Positions 32,286 to 42,491 of a stretch of DNA of 64,000 bases are shown here, one piece after another. Made by a program: the position numbers and the translations under genes. The stretch's first letter is position 1. Each line of letters opens with the position of its first letter. The stretch spans positions 45,893 through 109,892 of the forward strand of contig CAWHFU010000011.1 in assembly GCA_963828685.1 (NCBI GenBank). Direction: 5' to 3'. This DNA is from an uncultured Pseudomonadota bacterium. Its GTDB lineage: Bacteria > Pseudomonadota > Gammaproteobacteria > Xanthomonadales > Rhodanobacteraceae. Under the pieces are notes generated by a model that searched no databases, was not told where the DNA came from, and was given only the letters and a program-made list of their open reading frames with translations.

Positions 32286-33110
32286 ATGACACGACTAGCC
32301 TTCATCGGCGGTGGCAACATGGCGCGCAGCCTGATCGGCGGCCTGCTCAAGACCGGTGTCGCCCCGGCAACCATCAGCGTGGCCGAGCCGATGGCCGAAG
32401 CCCGCCAGAGCCTGGGACGCGATTTCGGCGTGGCCTGCTATGCGGAAAACCGTCTCGCCGCGGCGGAAGCCGAAGTGATCCTGCTGGCGGTCAAGCCGCA
32501 GATCATGCCAGCGATCCATACCGAGCTGCACGACACCCTGCAGCGCAACCGGCCGCTGCTGATCTCCATCGCCGCTGGCGTGCGACTCGATCAACTGGAG
32601 CGCTGGTTCGGCGCCGGCCTGCCGATCGTGCGCTGCATGCCGAACACCCCGGCCCTGATCGGCAGCGGCGCCACCGGCCTGTGCGCCAACAGCCGGGTCA
32701 GTCCCTCGCAGAAGGCGCAGGCGCAGCATATCCTCGACGCCGCGGGAATGACCCGCTGGATCGACGACGAGGCGCTGATGGATACCGTCACCGCGATCTC
32801 CGGCTCGGCACCGGCGTATTTCTTCGCCCTGGTCGAGGCACTGGAAGATGCCGGCGTGGCCCAGGGCCTGCCGCGCGAAACCGCCCGTGCGCTGGCGGCA
32901 CAGACCTGCTTCGGCGCCGGCCGCATGCTCACCGAGGGCGGCGAGGATCCCGCCGTGCTGCGCCAACGGGTCACCTCGCCCAACGGCACCACCCAGGCCG
33001 CGCTGGAAAGCTTCAGTGCCGACGGCCTGCCGCGCATCGTCGCCCGCGCCGTCGCCGCCGCCACCCGGCGCGGCGTGGAACTTGCCGCCGAGCTGGACAA
33101 ACTTCCGTGA
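32286..33110 (+). CDS. proC: Pyrroline-5-carboxylate reductase ProC
   Basis: LAFIGGGNMARSLIGGL, MPNTPALIG and SPNGTTQAAL. Confidence 0.9.
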   Translation: MTRLAFIGGGNMARSLIGGLLKTGVAPATISVAEPMAEARQSLGRDFGVACYAENRLAAAEAEVILLAVKPQIMPAIHTELHDTLQRNRPLLISIAAGVRLDQLERWFGAGLPIVRCMPNTPALIGSGATGLCANSRVSPSQKAQAQHILDAAGMTRWIDDEALMDTVTAISGSAPAYFFALVEALEDAGVAQGLPRETARALAAQTCFGAGRMLTEGGEDPAVLRQRVTSPNGTTQAALESFSADGLPRIVARAVAAATRRGVELAAELDKLP

Positions 33111-33682
33111 GCTATCTGCTGAATGCGCTGGCCATGCTGATCGAACTGGCGTTCGATGCCGCGGTCACGCTGCTGCTGCTGCGCGTGCTGGCCGAAGCCT
33201 GTCGCGCGGATTTCAACAATCCGCTGAGCCAGTTCGTCTACCGCTACACCAATCCGGTGCTGGCGCCGATCCGCCGCGTGCTGCCGAACTGGCGACGGAT
33301 CAACCTGGCCGCGCTGCTGCTGGCGTGGCTGGCGATGTTGCTGAAACGGCTGCTGCTGTTCGCCCTGCTCGGGGTGGTGCCGCATCCGGCCGGCCTGCTG
33401 TTGCTGGCGCTGGCCGAACTGCTCGACTTCGTGCTGCTGTTCTACATCGTACTGATCTTCGGCTGGTCGCTGCTGAGCATGTTCGCGGTGGATCGGCGAC
33501 AACCGCTGCTGCGGCTGGCCGGCAGCATCGTCGCGCCCTTGCTGCGCCCGCTCGACGGCAAGCTGGTCGCCGGCCAGATCGACTTCGCGCCGATGGCGGT
33601 GATGATCGTGCTGCTGCTCGGCCGCCTGCTGATCGCCGCGCCCTTGCTGGACCTCGGCGCCCGACTGGCGATGGGTGCCTGA
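33107..33682 (+). CDS. yggT: YggT family membrane protein
   Basis: The GTG at 33107 overlaps the proC stop (GTGA). Two YGGT repeats (NNPLSQFVYRYTNPVLAPIRRVLP ... SIVAPLLRPL). Only the last 191 codons of ORF 32144..33682 look coding. Confidence 0.8.
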   Translation: MSYLLNALAMLIELAFDAAVTLLLLRVLAEACRADFNNPLSQFVYRYTNPVLAPIRRVLPNWRRINLAALLLAWLAMLLKRLLLFALLGVVPHPAGLLLLALAELLDFVLLFYIVLIFGWSLLSMFAVDRRQPLLRLAGSIVAPLLRPLDGKLVAGQIDFAPMAVMIVLLLGRLLIAAPLLDLGARLAMGA

Positions 33683-33709
33683 CACGGGACCGCTCCCGTA
33701 TCGTCGCTC

Positions 33710-34540
33710 CTACGACCGCCGCGCCCACTCGGCAATGATCCGGTGGATCGCATCCAGCCCGTCGAACAGCGCCGCCGGGCCAGGCTGCAGGATGATCGGC
33801 GACTTGATCTCGTACAGGTCGCCGTTGCGCACCGCCGGGATGGTCTCCCAGCCGGGCCGCGCCGCCACTTTCTCGGGCCGGAAACGCTTGCCGCACCACG
33901 AGCCCAGGATGATGTCCGGCGCGCGCCGCACCACCTCGTCGCCGTCGGGCAGGATGCGCTGCTTGGCCAGCGGCTCGCGGGCCAGCTCGGGAAAGCAGTC
34001 GTCGCCCCCGGCGATGCCGATGATCTCGGCGACCCAGCGGATGCCGGTGATGATCGGTTCGTCCCACTCCTCGAAATACACCTTCGGCCGCCGCGGCAAC
34101 CGCGCCACCGCGGCGCGGATGTCGGCGATGTGCTGCTCGGCGCGGCGGGCATAGGCCTCGGCCTTTTCGTATGCACCGACCATCGCACCGAGCCGGCGGA
34201 TATAGGCGAGGATGCCGTCGACGCTGCGATGATTGCTGATCCACACCTCCACGCCCACCTTGATCAGCTCGCGGGCGATATCGGCCTGGATGTCGGAGAA
34301 GCCGATCGCCAGATCGGGCTCGAGTTTCAGGATCTCGCCGACTTTCGCACTGGTGAACGCGGAGACCTTGGGCTTCTCCTTGCGTGCCCGCGGTGGCCGC
34401 ACGGTAAAACCGGAGATGCCGACGATGCGCCGGTCCTCGCCCAGCGCGTACAGCACCTCGGTCGGTTCTTCGGTGAGGCAGACGATGCGTTGCGGGTAGC
34501 TGTCGGGTGCGGAAGGATCCGGCACGCGGTGGTCGCTCAT
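33710..34540 (-). CDS. Cobalamin/siderophore-type (helical-backbone) binding protein, no obvious signal peptide
   Basis: RIVCLTEEPTEVLYALGEDRRIVGISG...LEPDLAIG...KVYFEEWDEP pattern of the BtuF/FhuD-like family. Confidence 0.55.
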   Translation of the reverse strand: MSDHRVPDPSAPDSYPQRIVCLTEEPTEVLYALGEDRRIVGISGFTVRPPRARKEKPKVSAFTSAKVGEILKLEPDLAIGFSDIQADIARELIKVGVEVWISNHRSVDGILAYIRRLGAMVGAYEKAEAYARRAEQHIADIRAAVARLPRRPKVYFEEWDEPIITGIRWVAEIIGIAGGDDCFPELAREPLAKQRILPDGDEVVRRAPDIILGSWCGKRFRPEKVAARPGWETIPAVRNGDLYEIKSPIILQPGPAALFDGLDAIHRIIAEWARRS

Positions 34541-34544
34541 GCGC

Positions 34545-34985
34545 TCAATGCCCCAGCACGGTCACCGTGACCCGGCGCTGGTGCGGATCGAGACGGTGTT
34601 CCCACAGATAGACGCCCTGCCAGGTGCCCAGCAGCAACTTGCCGGCATGCACCGGCAGGCTGAGGCTGACCCCGGTGAGGATCGAACGGATGTGCGCCGG
34701 CATGTCATCCGGGCCTTCGGCGTCATGCCGGAAGATCGCATCGCCGTCCGGCACGGCGCGGGCGAACCAGCGCTCCAGATCGTCGCGCACGGTGGGATCG
34801 GCATTCTCGCCGAGCAGCAGCGAACAGCTGGTATGCGCGGTGAACACGTTCGCGATCCCGGTCTGCACATGACTGCTGGCTACCGCATCGCCCACCTGGG
34901 CTGTGATGTCGCTGAAGCCACGACCGCGCGTATGCACGGCAAAACCGCCCTGCGCCACGTGCTGCGCGGGCAACGGCCGGGTCAC
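34545..34985 (-). CDS. yjbQ: YjbQ/UPF0047 family protein (secondary thiamine-phosphate synthase)
   Basis: TAHTSCSLLLGENADPTVRDDLERW...DDMPAHIRSILTGVSLSLPV...LLGTWQGVYLWEHR. Confidence 0.8.
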   Translation of the reverse strand: MTRPLPAQHVAQGGFAVHTRGRGFSDITAQVGDAVASSHVQTGIANVFTAHTSCSLLLGENADPTVRDDLERWFARAVPDGDAIFRHDAEGPDDMPAHIRSILTGVSLSLPVHAGKLLLGTWQGVYLWEHRLDPHQRRVTVTVLGH

Positions 34986-35569
34986 GGGTACAGCAGCCGG
35001 CTGGTCCAGGTCTGGCCGTGACGGCTCCAGCGCACGCGTTCATGCAGGCGGAACTCGGCGCCATACCAGAACTCCAGCATGTCCGGCTCCACCACATAAC
35101 CCCCCCAATGCGGCGGCCGGCTCACCTCGCGTCCCTCGAACTCGTGCTCGAAGCGCGCCATGCGCTGCTCGAACGTGTCGCGGTCCGGAAGCGTCTGCGA
35201 CTGCAGCGAGGCCCATGCGCCGAGCTGGCTCAGGCGCGGCCGGCTGGCAAAATAGGTGTCTGACTCCTCCTCCTGCAGCTTGCGTGCTAGACCTTCCACG
35301 CGCACCTGCACGCCTTCGCGCAGCTGCTTCCAGTGGAAGCACAGCGCCACCTGCGGATGCGCCTCGAGCTGGCTGCCCTTGTCGCTCTCGTAATTGGTGT
35401 AGAAACGGAAACCGCGCTCGTCGGCTCCCTTGAGCAGCACGATACGCGAGGCAACCCGGCCGGAACTGTCCACGGTGGCCAGATTCATCGCCGTCGCATC
35501 GCCATCACCGCTGGCCTTGGCCTCGTCCAGCAGCCGCAGAAAAGTGTCCAGGATCTCGGATTTGAGCAT
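34982..35569 (-). CDS. pdxH: Pyridoxamine 5'-phosphate oxidase PdxH
   Basis: Start MLKSEILDT at 35569. RIVLLKG...GFRFYTNYESDKG...FWYGAEFRLHERVRW...RLLYP at the C-terminus. The upstream 154 codons of the ORF are Arg/Gly junk. Confidence 0.9.
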   Translation of the reverse strand: MLKSEILDTFLRLLDEAKASGDGDATAMNLATVDSSGRVASRIVLLKGADERGFRFYTNYESDKGSQLEAHPQVALCFHWKQLREGVQVRVEGLARKLQEEESDTYFASRPRLSQLGAWASLQSQTLPDRDTFEQRMARFEHEFEGREVSRPPHWGGYVVEPDMLEFWYGAEFRLHERVRWSRHGQTWTSRLLYP

Positions 35570-35790
35570 GATGTTTGAAACTTTCCTTTTGCATCGTGGC
35601 CGACTCGCGCCATCATGGCGCGGATGAACATGACCGATGATAGTGCAATGGCCCCTGCATCCTGTACCACTTCGAGGCCGACGGCCCACCCATTTTCCTC
35701 CCCGACATGTGAAGGCGCCGGCGATCCGCCTGGCCGCTGGCGCTGCCTGCCCGTCGCGGAGATTCCTCCCGGAACCACGGTAACCCGAGG

Positions 35791-36621
35791 ATGATGTCGC
35801 ACGCCGAAACGCAGAACGAGGCGCTTGCCGGCCATCTGCTCGACCACTACGCCGGGCGCATCGCCCGCTCCCGCCGCCCGTACATCCTGGGCCTGTCCGG
35901 CCTGCAGGGCAGCGGCAAGAGCACCCTGGCACGGGTGATGAAGGCGCAGGCCACAACGCGCGGCTGGCCCACCGAAGTGCTCTCGCTGGACGATTTCTAC
36001 TACGCCCGCAGCGACCGCGAGGCGCTGGCACGCGATGTGCACCCGCTGCTGCGCACCCGCGGCGTGCCGGGCACCCACGAGATCGAGCTGCTGCTGTCGG
36101 TGCTGGCCGCCCTGCCGCACGCCTCGGACAAGTTGCCGGTGACCCATCCCCGCTTCAACAAGGGTCGCGACACCCGCTTTTCACCATCGCGCTGGCCGCG
36201 CATCACGCAGGCGCCGAAGCTGGTGATCGTGGAAGGCTGGGCGTTGGGCATCCGGCCGCAGTCGCAGGCGGCGCTGGCCAGACCGGTCAACGCGCTGGAG
36301 CGCGAGGAAGATCCCGACGGCAGCTGGCGACAATGGGTCAACAAGCAACTGCGCAGCTACCAGCCGCTGTGGCGCAAGTTCGATGCCCTGATCGTGCTGC
36401 AGGCGCCGAGCTGGGAGATCGTGCGCCGCTGGCGCGGCGAGCAGGAGCAGGAGCTGCTGGCGCGGCATGCGCCGCTGGCGATGGATGCGCAGACCATGGA
36501 GCGATTCCTGCGGCACTTCGAGCGACTGAGCCGGCACGCGCTGGCCACGCTGCCGAGCGTGGCCGACACCTGCGTGGAATACGACGACGATCGCCACGTG
36601 ACCGGATTGAATCACGACTGA
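35791..36621 (+). CDS. P-loop kinase (D-glycerate 3-kinase / uridine-kinase-like family)
   Basis: Walker A GLSGLQGSGKSTLA followed by LSLDDFY and RGVPGTHE motifs. Confidence 0.5.
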   Translation: MMSHAETQNEALAGHLLDHYAGRIARSRRPYILGLSGLQGSGKSTLARVMKAQATTRGWPTEVLSLDDFYYARSDREALARDVHPLLRTRGVPGTHEIELLLSVLAALPHASDKLPVTHPRFNKGRDTRFSPSRWPRITQAPKLVIVEGWALGIRPQSQAALARPVNALEREEDPDGSWRQWVNKQLRSYQPLWRKFDALIVLQAPSWEIVRRWRGEQEQELLARHAPLAMDAQTMERFLRHFERLSRHALATLPSVADTCVEYDDDRHVTGLNHD

Positions 36622-36697
36622 GCCGTACCGCCGCCCACAGGAATCGCGCCGGATCGGATGCCGGCGCGGTGTGCCACGGTTCCGGCCCGCCCCGGAC

Positions 36698-36901
36698 TCA
36701 GTCGACGACGAAGTTGATCTTCATGTTGACGCGCCACTCGGTCACGCTGCCGTCATCGGCCGTCACCACCTTGATCTCGTTGACCCAGGCGCCCTTGATC
36801 TTCTTGATCGACTCCGCCGCCTTGTGCAAGCCCTGCTGCACGGCGTCCTCGATGCCTTTGACCGATGACGCATTGATTTCGATGACCTTGGCTACCGACA
36901 T
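36698..36901 (-). CDS. Dodecin family flavin-binding protein
   Basis: 67 aa, MSVAKVIEINASSVKGIEDAVQQGLHKAAESIKKIKGAWVNEIKV..., typical dodecin length and sequence. Confidence 0.7.
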   Translation of the reverse strand: MSVAKVIEINASSVKGIEDAVQQGLHKAAESIKKIKGAWVNEIKVVTADDGSVTEWRVNMKINFVVD

Positions 36902-37010
36902 GGCGTGAATCTCCCGTCCAGGCGTGCAAGCGGCACGCGGCGCTCCCTGTCCCGGCGCCCGAGTCTGCGCGGCGGCCGTCGGCGAGGACAAGTCGCGCCG
37001 CGTCATGCCA

Positions 37011-37355
37011 TCAGTTGGACGACTCCACCTGCACGGCCGTGCCGTAGGCCAGCACCTCGGTGACCCCCTGCGCCACCTCGTTGGCGTCGTAGCGCATCGC
37101 CACCACGGCATTGGCTCCCATCGCCGCGGCATGCCGCAGCATCAGTTCGAACGCCTCCTCGCGCGCCTTCTCGCAGAGTTCGGTGTAGATCGAGATGTTG
37201 CCGCCGACGATCGTCTGCAGCGCGGCGCCCAGGTTGCCCACCACGCTGCGCGAGCGCACGGTGATCCCCCGCACGATGCCCAGCGAACGCACGATCCGGT
37301 AGCCGACGATCTCGTTGCCGGTGGTCACTTGATGATGCGGAACGGTATTGGCCAT
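37011..37355 (-). CDS. ybjQ: YbjQ/UPF0145 family protein
   Basis: [45 protein letters not shown]...[13 protein letters not shown]. Confidence 0.8.
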   Translation of the reverse strand: MANTVPHHQVTTGNEIVGYRIVRSLGIVRGITVRSRSVVGNLGAALQTIVGGNISIYTELCEKAREEAFELMLRHAAAMGANAVVAMRYDANEVAQGVTEVLAYGTAVQVESSN

Positions 37356-37440
37356 GCCAGTGTCTCCTTGTCGGTTGATTCAGTGGGTGGGTTGGTGCGA
37401 GGCGGGATCGATCCGCTGAGGATCGGACCGTCGGCCAGAT

Positions 37441-38274
37441 TCAGGCATCGAGCAGCGCCACATAGCCGTCGCGCGAGTCCGGCCAGCGTGGCACGAAGCC
37501 GCTGGCCCGCAACCGCGCATTGCTGAGCCGCTTGCTGCCGATGCCCGCCGGTGCCGCACCGTCGGCCGGTGCCGCCGCGCCGATCAGGCCTGCCAGATGG
37601 TCGTACAGCACATCCAGCGGCAACGGCGTGCTGTCGACCCCGAGATACAGCGGCAGCGGATCGGCCAGTTGCAGCAGATGCACGATCGCACCGGCGGCAT
37701 CGTCGCTGTGGATGCGGTTGGCCCAGTGCGGCACGTGGCGCGGCACGGCCACCTGTCCCGCCCGCAGGCGTTCGAGCAATTGCATGCGTCCCGGGCCATA
37801 CAGGCCGGCCAGCCGCAGCACGATCGGGCGGACCGCCCGGGCGGCCAGCAGCTGTTCGGCCTCCAGCAATGCCGCGCCGTTGAAACCCGGCGGCGCCGGC
37901 GGCGTGTCCTCGTCCACCCAGTCACCGGCATGCTCGCCGTAGACGGCGCTGGAGGAAACCAGCAGCACCCGATGCAACGAAGTCCCGCCGAGCGCGTCGA
38001 GCAAATGACGCAAGCCGTCCACGAAGGTGGCGCGATAAGCAGCCGGATCGCGCCGGTCCGGCGTCGGCAGGTAGACCAGTTGGGTGACCCCGGCGGGCAG
38101 CCCATGCAGGCTGTGCGGCTGGGTCAGGTCCGCACGCAGCCAGTGGATGCCGTCGTCGCCCGGCGCCGGAGGATGCCGGCGCAATGCCCATACCTCGTCG
38201 CCGCGGGCGCGCAGACGCTGCGCCACGCGCAGACCGAGGTCTCCGCAACCCGCCAGCAACACTCGTTCGCCCAC
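37441..38274 (-). CDS. NAD-dependent epimerase/dehydratase family (SDR) protein
   Basis: The N-terminal Rossmann motif VLLAGCGDLGLRV and the length are consistent with atypical SDRs. Confidence 0.6.
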   Translation of the reverse strand: MGERVLLAGCGDLGLRVAQRLRARGDEVWALRRHPPAPGDDGIHWLRADLTQPHSLHGLPAGVTQLVYLPTPDRRDPAAYRATFVDGLRHLLDALGGTSLHRVLLVSSSAVYGEHAGDWVDEDTPPAPPGFNGAALLEAEQLLAARAVRPIVLRLAGLYGPGRMQLLERLRAGQVAVPRHVPHWANRIHSDDAAGAIVHLLQLADPLPLYLGVDSTPLPLDVLYDHLAGLIGAAAPADGAAPAGIGSKRLSNARLRASGFVPRWPDSRDGYVALLDA

Positions 38275-38303
38275 CGCTGCTCCCCGTTTGCGCCTGTTAG
38301 CAT

Positions 38304-38867
38304 TTGCCCATGAATCCGTCGCGCAACCTGTTCATCATCGGCCCGACCGGCGCCGGCAAGACCTCGATCGGGCGCCGGCTCGCCAGCCATTATGGACTGC
38401 CGTTCATCGATCTCGACCAGGAGATCGAACGTCACTGCGGCGTGGACGTGAACACGGTGTTCGAGATCGAGGGCGAGGCCGGCTTCCGCCAGCGCGAAAC
38501 CGCCTTGCTGGACGAGTTCAGCCAGCGCTCCGGCGTGTTGCTCGCCACCGGCGCCGGCGCCGTGCTGGCCGCCGCCAATCGCCGCCATCTGGCCGAGCGC
38601 GGCTATGTGGTCTGGCTGCAGACCAGCATCGCGCAGCAACTGGAGCGGCTCGAACGCGACCACCGCCGCCCGTTGCTGGCCGTGCCGAACCGACCCGAGC
38701 GACTGCAGGCGATGGCCACCCTGCGCGAACCGATCTACCGCGAGCTTGCCGACCTCGCCGTGCCCGGCGAACATGGCAGCGTCGCCGCCGCCAGCGAGCG
38801 CTGCATCGCGCTGATCGATCAGCACTGGCAACGCGTCTCCCCCGCCCCGCACCGGCACAACGCATGA
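38304..38867 (+). CDS. aroK: Shikimate kinase AroK
   Basis: NLFIIGPTGAGKTSIGRRLA...FIDLDQEIE...FRQRE. Confidence 0.9.
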   Translation: MPMNPSRNLFIIGPTGAGKTSIGRRLASHYGLPFIDLDQEIERHCGVDVNTVFEIEGEAGFRQRETALLDEFSQRSGVLLATGAGAVLAAANRRHLAERGYVVWLQTSIAQQLERLERDHRRPLLAVPNRPERLQAMATLREPIYRELADLAVPGEHGSVAAASERCIALIDQHWQRVSPAPHRHNA

Positions 38868-39964
38868 GCAACTCCTCACCCCGGAACATCACTGTGGCGC
38901 TCGGCCAGCGCAGCTACCCGGTATGGATCGGCGCCGGCCTGCTCGCCGACCATGCCCGCTGGCGCGCGCTGCTGCGCGGCCGGCATGCGCTGGTGATCAG
39001 CAACACCACGGTCGCGCCGCTGTACCTGCCGCGGATCGAAGCGGGGCTGGACGGCCTGCACTGGTCCTCGTTCCTGCTCGAGGATGGCGAGGCGCACAAG
39101 AGCTTCGCCAACGTCGGCCGCGCACTGGAAGCACTGGGCCGGCTCGGTGCCACGCGCGACGCCTGCGTGATCGCACTCGGCGGCGGCGTGGTCGGCGACC
39201 TGGCCGGCTTCAGCGCGGCGTGCTGGATGCGCGGCATCGACTTCATCCAGATGCCGACCACCCTGCTGGCGATGGTCGACTCCTCCGTCGGCGGCAAGAC
39301 CGGGGTCAACCTGCCAGTCGGCAAGAACCTCGCCGGCGCCTTCCACCAGCCGCGCGCGGTGTTCGCCGACATCGACACCCTGGCCAGCCTGCCCGAGCGC
39401 GAATATCGCGCGGGTCTGGCCGAAGTGGTCAAGGGCGCGGCGATCGGCGACGAGGCGTTCTTCGCCTGGCTGGAGCAGCACGCCGACGCGCTGGCGGCGC
39501 GCGACAGCGACAGCGTGCTCGAGGCGATCGCGCGCAAGGTGCAATACAAGGCCGGCGTGGTCGCCCGCGACGAAACCGAACAGGGCGAGCGGGCCCTGCT
39601 CAACCTCGGCCACACCTTCGGCCACGCCATCGAGACGGCCGGCCACTACACCACCGTGCTGCACGGCGAAGGCGTGGCGATCGGCATGATGCTGGCCGCG
39701 CAGTTGTCCGAGCGCCTGGGCATGAGCGCGCCGGCCGACACCGCCCGGCTGCAACGCCTGCTGCAGAAACTCGGCCTGCCGGTGGCGATTCCGACCGGCA
39801 TGGAACCCGCACAGCTGCTGGCGCTGATGCGGCTGGACAAGAAGAACAGCGCCGGTCAGCTGCGGCTGATCCTGTGGCGCGGCATCGGCCGGGCGGAGAT
39901 CGTCGCCGGCGTGGGCGAGTCGGCGGTACTGGCCACGCTGGAGGCAGCCATCGCTGCCGCTTAG
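38864..39964 (+). CDS. aroB: 3-dehydroquinate synthase AroB
   Basis: The ATG at 38864 overlaps the aroK stop (ATGA). GGGVVGDLAGFSAACWMRGIDFIQMPTTLLAMVDSSVGGKTGVN and LNLGHTFGHAIE. Confidence 0.9.
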   Translation: MSNSSPRNITVALGQRSYPVWIGAGLLADHARWRALLRGRHALVISNTTVAPLYLPRIEAGLDGLHWSSFLLEDGEAHKSFANVGRALEALGRLGATRDACVIALGGGVVGDLAGFSAACWMRGIDFIQMPTTLLAMVDSSVGGKTGVNLPVGKNLAGAFHQPRAVFADIDTLASLPEREYRAGLAEVVKGAAIGDEAFFAWLEQHADALAARDSDSVLEAIARKVQYKAGVVARDETEQGERALLNLGHTFGHAIETAGHYTTVLHGEGVAIGMMLAAQLSERLGMSAPADTARLQRLLQKLGLPVAIPTGMEPAQLLALMRLDKKNSAGQLRLILWRGIGRAEIVAGVGESAVLATLEAAIAAA

Positions 39965-40037
39965 CCCATCAGTCATAGCCACAAAGCCGCGGCACGGCGT
40001 TATGGTGGGCGGTACTTTTCCGCCTGGACACACCTTC

Positions 40038-42107
40038 ATGCAACGCATCCGCTGGATCCTCACCGCCGCCGTCCTGTGCGGCTCGACCGCCTGGGCCGCC
40101 GCACCCGCCACCACGCCACCGGCGTCCGCCCGTCCGCTCGGCATCGACCGGGCCGGCATCGACCACGGCGTGAAGCCCGGTGACGACTTCTTCCGCTACG
40201 CCAACGGCGACTGGCTGAAGACCGCCAAGATCCCCGCCGACCGCTCGAGCACTGGCACCTTCCTCAAGGTGTTCGAGCAGGCCGAGAAGAACACCGCCGA
40301 ACTGATCCGCAACGCCGGCGCCAGCCATCCCGCGGCCGGCTCCGATGCGCGCAAGATCGCCGACTACTACGCCGCCTGGATGGACACCGCCGCGATCGAG
40401 CAGCACGGCCTGGCCCCGCTCAAGCCGGAACTCGCGCAGATCGACGCGATCGCCTCGCGCCAGGATCTGGCCCGCGTACTGGGCAGCCGCCTGCGCGCCG
40501 ACGTCGACCCGATCAACGCCACCCACTTCCACACCGAGCACCTGTTCGGCCTGTTCGTCACCCAGGGCCTGGAAGACCCCGAACACCACGTCGCCTACCT
40601 GCTGCAGGGCGGACTGGGCATGCCCAGCCGCGACTACTACCTGTCCAGCGATCCGCACATGGCCGCGTTCCGCGCCCAGTACCTCACCTACGTCGGCGCC
40701 CTGCTGAAACAGGCCGGTATCGTCGACGCCGAAGCCAGGGCGAAAACCATCGTGGCGCTGGAAACGAAGATCGCCAGCGCGCAGACCAGCCTGCTCGACA
40801 GCCAGGACGTGCACAAGGCCAACAATCTGTGGCGCATGGCCGACTTCGCACAGAAAGCGCCGGGCCTGGACTGGGCCACCTATTTCAAGGCCGCCGGCCT
40901 CGACGGCCAGCAGCAGATCGACACCTGGCAGCCCGCCGCCGTCACCGGCCTGTCCGCGCTGACCGCCAGCGAACCGCTGCAGGCGTGGAAGGACCTGCTG
41001 CTGTTCCACACCATCGACCACAGCGCCGCCCTGCTGCCCAAGGCGTATGCCGATCTGCACTTCGACTTCTACGGTCACACCCTGCAGGGCACGCCGCAAC
41101 AGCAGCCGCGCTGGAAGCGCGCGGTCGCCGCCACCAACAACGAGCTCGGCGACGCGGTCGGCCAGATCTACGTCAAGCACTACTTCCCCGCCTCGTCCAA
41201 GGCCGAAGTGGAACAGCTGGTGCAGAACCTGATCGCCGCCTTCAACGAGCGCATCGACACGCTGAGCTGGATGACCCCGGCTACCCGCCAGAAAGCCAAG
41301 GCCAAGCTGACCACCCTGCGCGTCAGCGTGGGCTACCCGGACACCTGGCGCGACTACGCCACGCTGGATATCCGCGCCGACGACGCGCTGGGAAATCAAC
41401 TGCGCGCGGAGAAGTTCGAGTACGAACATCAGCGCGCCAAGCTCGGCCAGCCGGTCGACAAGGGTGAGTGGTGGATGACGCCGCAGACCGTCAACGCGGT
41501 CAACCTGCCGCTGCAGAACGCGCTGAACTTCCCCGCCGCGATCCTGCAGCCGCCGTTCTTCGACCCGAAGGCCGACGCCGCCAGCAACTACGGTGCAATC
41601 GGCGCCATCATCGGTCACGAGATCAGCCACAGCTTCGACAACACCGGAGCCGAGTTCGACGCCCAGGGCAAGCTGGAAAACTGGTGGACCCCGGCCGACC
41701 TGGCCCACTTCAAGGCCGCCACCACGCAACTGGCGAAACAGTTCGACCAGTACCAGGCCCTGCCCGGCCTGCACGTGAGCGGCGAACAGACCCTGGGCGA
41801 GGACATCGCCGATATCTCAGGCCTGACCATCGCCTACCTGGCCTACCACAAGTCACTCGACGGCAAGCCCGCCCCGGTGATCGACGGCCTCAGCGGCGAC
41901 CAGCGTTTCTTCCTCGCCTTCGGCCAGGCCTGGCGCTCCAAGATGCGCGACGCCGCCCTGCGCCAGCGACTCGCCACCGACGTCCACGCCCCCGCCCAGT
42001 TCCGCGCCCTGACCGTGCGCAACCTCGACGCCTGGTATCCCGCGTTCAAGGTGAAGCCGGGCGAGAAGCTGTATCTGGCGCCGAAGGATCGGGTGAAGAT
42101 CTGGTAG
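40038..42107 (+). CDS. pepO: M13 family zinc metallopeptidase (PepO / endothelin-converting-enzyme-like)
   Basis: Signal peptide MQRIRWILTAAVLCGSTAWA, zinc motif GAIIGHEISHSFD, downstream GEDIADISGL, and the C-terminal family motif VNLDAWYPAF. Confidence 0.85.
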   Translation: MQRIRWILTAAVLCGSTAWAAAPATTPPASARPLGIDRAGIDHGVKPGDDFFRYANGDWLKTAKIPADRSSTGTFLKVFEQAEKNTAELIRNAGASHPAAGSDARKIADYYAAWMDTAAIEQHGLAPLKPELAQIDAIASRQDLARVLGSRLRADVDPINATHFHTEHLFGLFVTQGLEDPEHHVAYLLQGGLGMPSRDYYLSSDPHMAAFRAQYLTYVGALLKQAGIVDAEARAKTIVALETKIASAQTSLLDSQDVHKANNLWRMADFAQKAPGLDWATYFKAAGLDGQQQIDTWQPAAVTGLSALTASEPLQAWKDLLLFHTIDHSAALLPKAYADLHFDFYGHTLQGTPQQQPRWKRAVAATNNELGDAVGQIYVKHYFPASSKAEVEQLVQNLIAAFNERIDTLSWMTPATRQKAKAKLTTLRVSVGYPDTWRDYATLDIRADDALGNQLRAEKFEYEHQRAKLGQPVDKGEWWMTPQTVNAVNLPLQNALNFPAAILQPPFFDPKADAASNYGAIGAIIGHEISHSFDNTGAEFDAQGKLENWWTPADLAHFKAATTQLAKQFDQYQALPGLHVSGEQTLGEDIADISGLTIAYLAYHKSLDGKPAPVIDGLSGDQRFFLAFGQAWRSKMRDAALRQRLATDVHAPAQFRALTVRNLDAWYPAFKVKPGEKLYLAPKDRVKIW

Positions 42108-42201
42108 CGACTCCGGAGACAGCGGCGATTGAGGGTGGAACAAGCCTGACGCCATGCGGCCGGTGCGCAGGCATGGGTCTCCGGCACCGTTTCAAAACGC
42201 A

Positions 42202-42241
42202 TTGAATCCAGGGCAGGTTGTGACGTATAACATGCGTTATA
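42202..42241 (+). promoter_or_regulatory. Putative sigma70 promoter with overlapping palindromic operator for the toxin-antitoxin operon
   Basis: TTGAAT (42202) - 18 nt - TATAAC (42226). The -10 is the left arm of the palindrome TATAAC-atgc-GTTATA (42226-42241). GGAGGG lies 5 nt upstream of the ATG at 42261. Confidence 0.35.
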
Positions 42242-42260
42242 ACTTGCCCTGGAGGGCGCC

Positions 42261-42482
42261 ATGAAACTGAAGATCACCACCATCGGCAACTCCGCCGGCG
42301 TCATCCTGCCGCGCGAACTGCTGGCCCGCCTGCGCCTGGAAAAAGGCGACGAGCTGTTCGCACTGGAAACCCCCGACGGCCTCCGCCTCACCACCTACGA
42401 CCCCACCCTGGCCAAACAGATGGAAGTGGCCGAGGAAGTCATGCGCAAGGATCGCAACGTGCTGCACAAGTTGGCGCAGTAG
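42261..42482 (+). CDS. AbrB/SpoVT-fold antitoxin (Phd-type partner of Doc)
   Basis: MKLKITTIGNSAGVILPRELLARLRLEKGDELF is the swapped-hairpin AbrB/MazE-type DNA-binding motif. 73 aa, 9 bp upstream of doc. Confidence 0.8.
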   Translation: MKLKITTIGNSAGVILPRELLARLRLEKGDELFALETPDGLRLTTYDPTLAKQMEVAEEVMRKDRNVLHKLAQ

Positions 42483-42491
42483 GCGGCGACC

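Noticed and set aside
32144-33682. 512-aa ORF as a single protein.
   Set aside because: The first 320 codons or so overlap proC out of frame. Only the last 191 codons (from GTG 33107) form the YggT protein.
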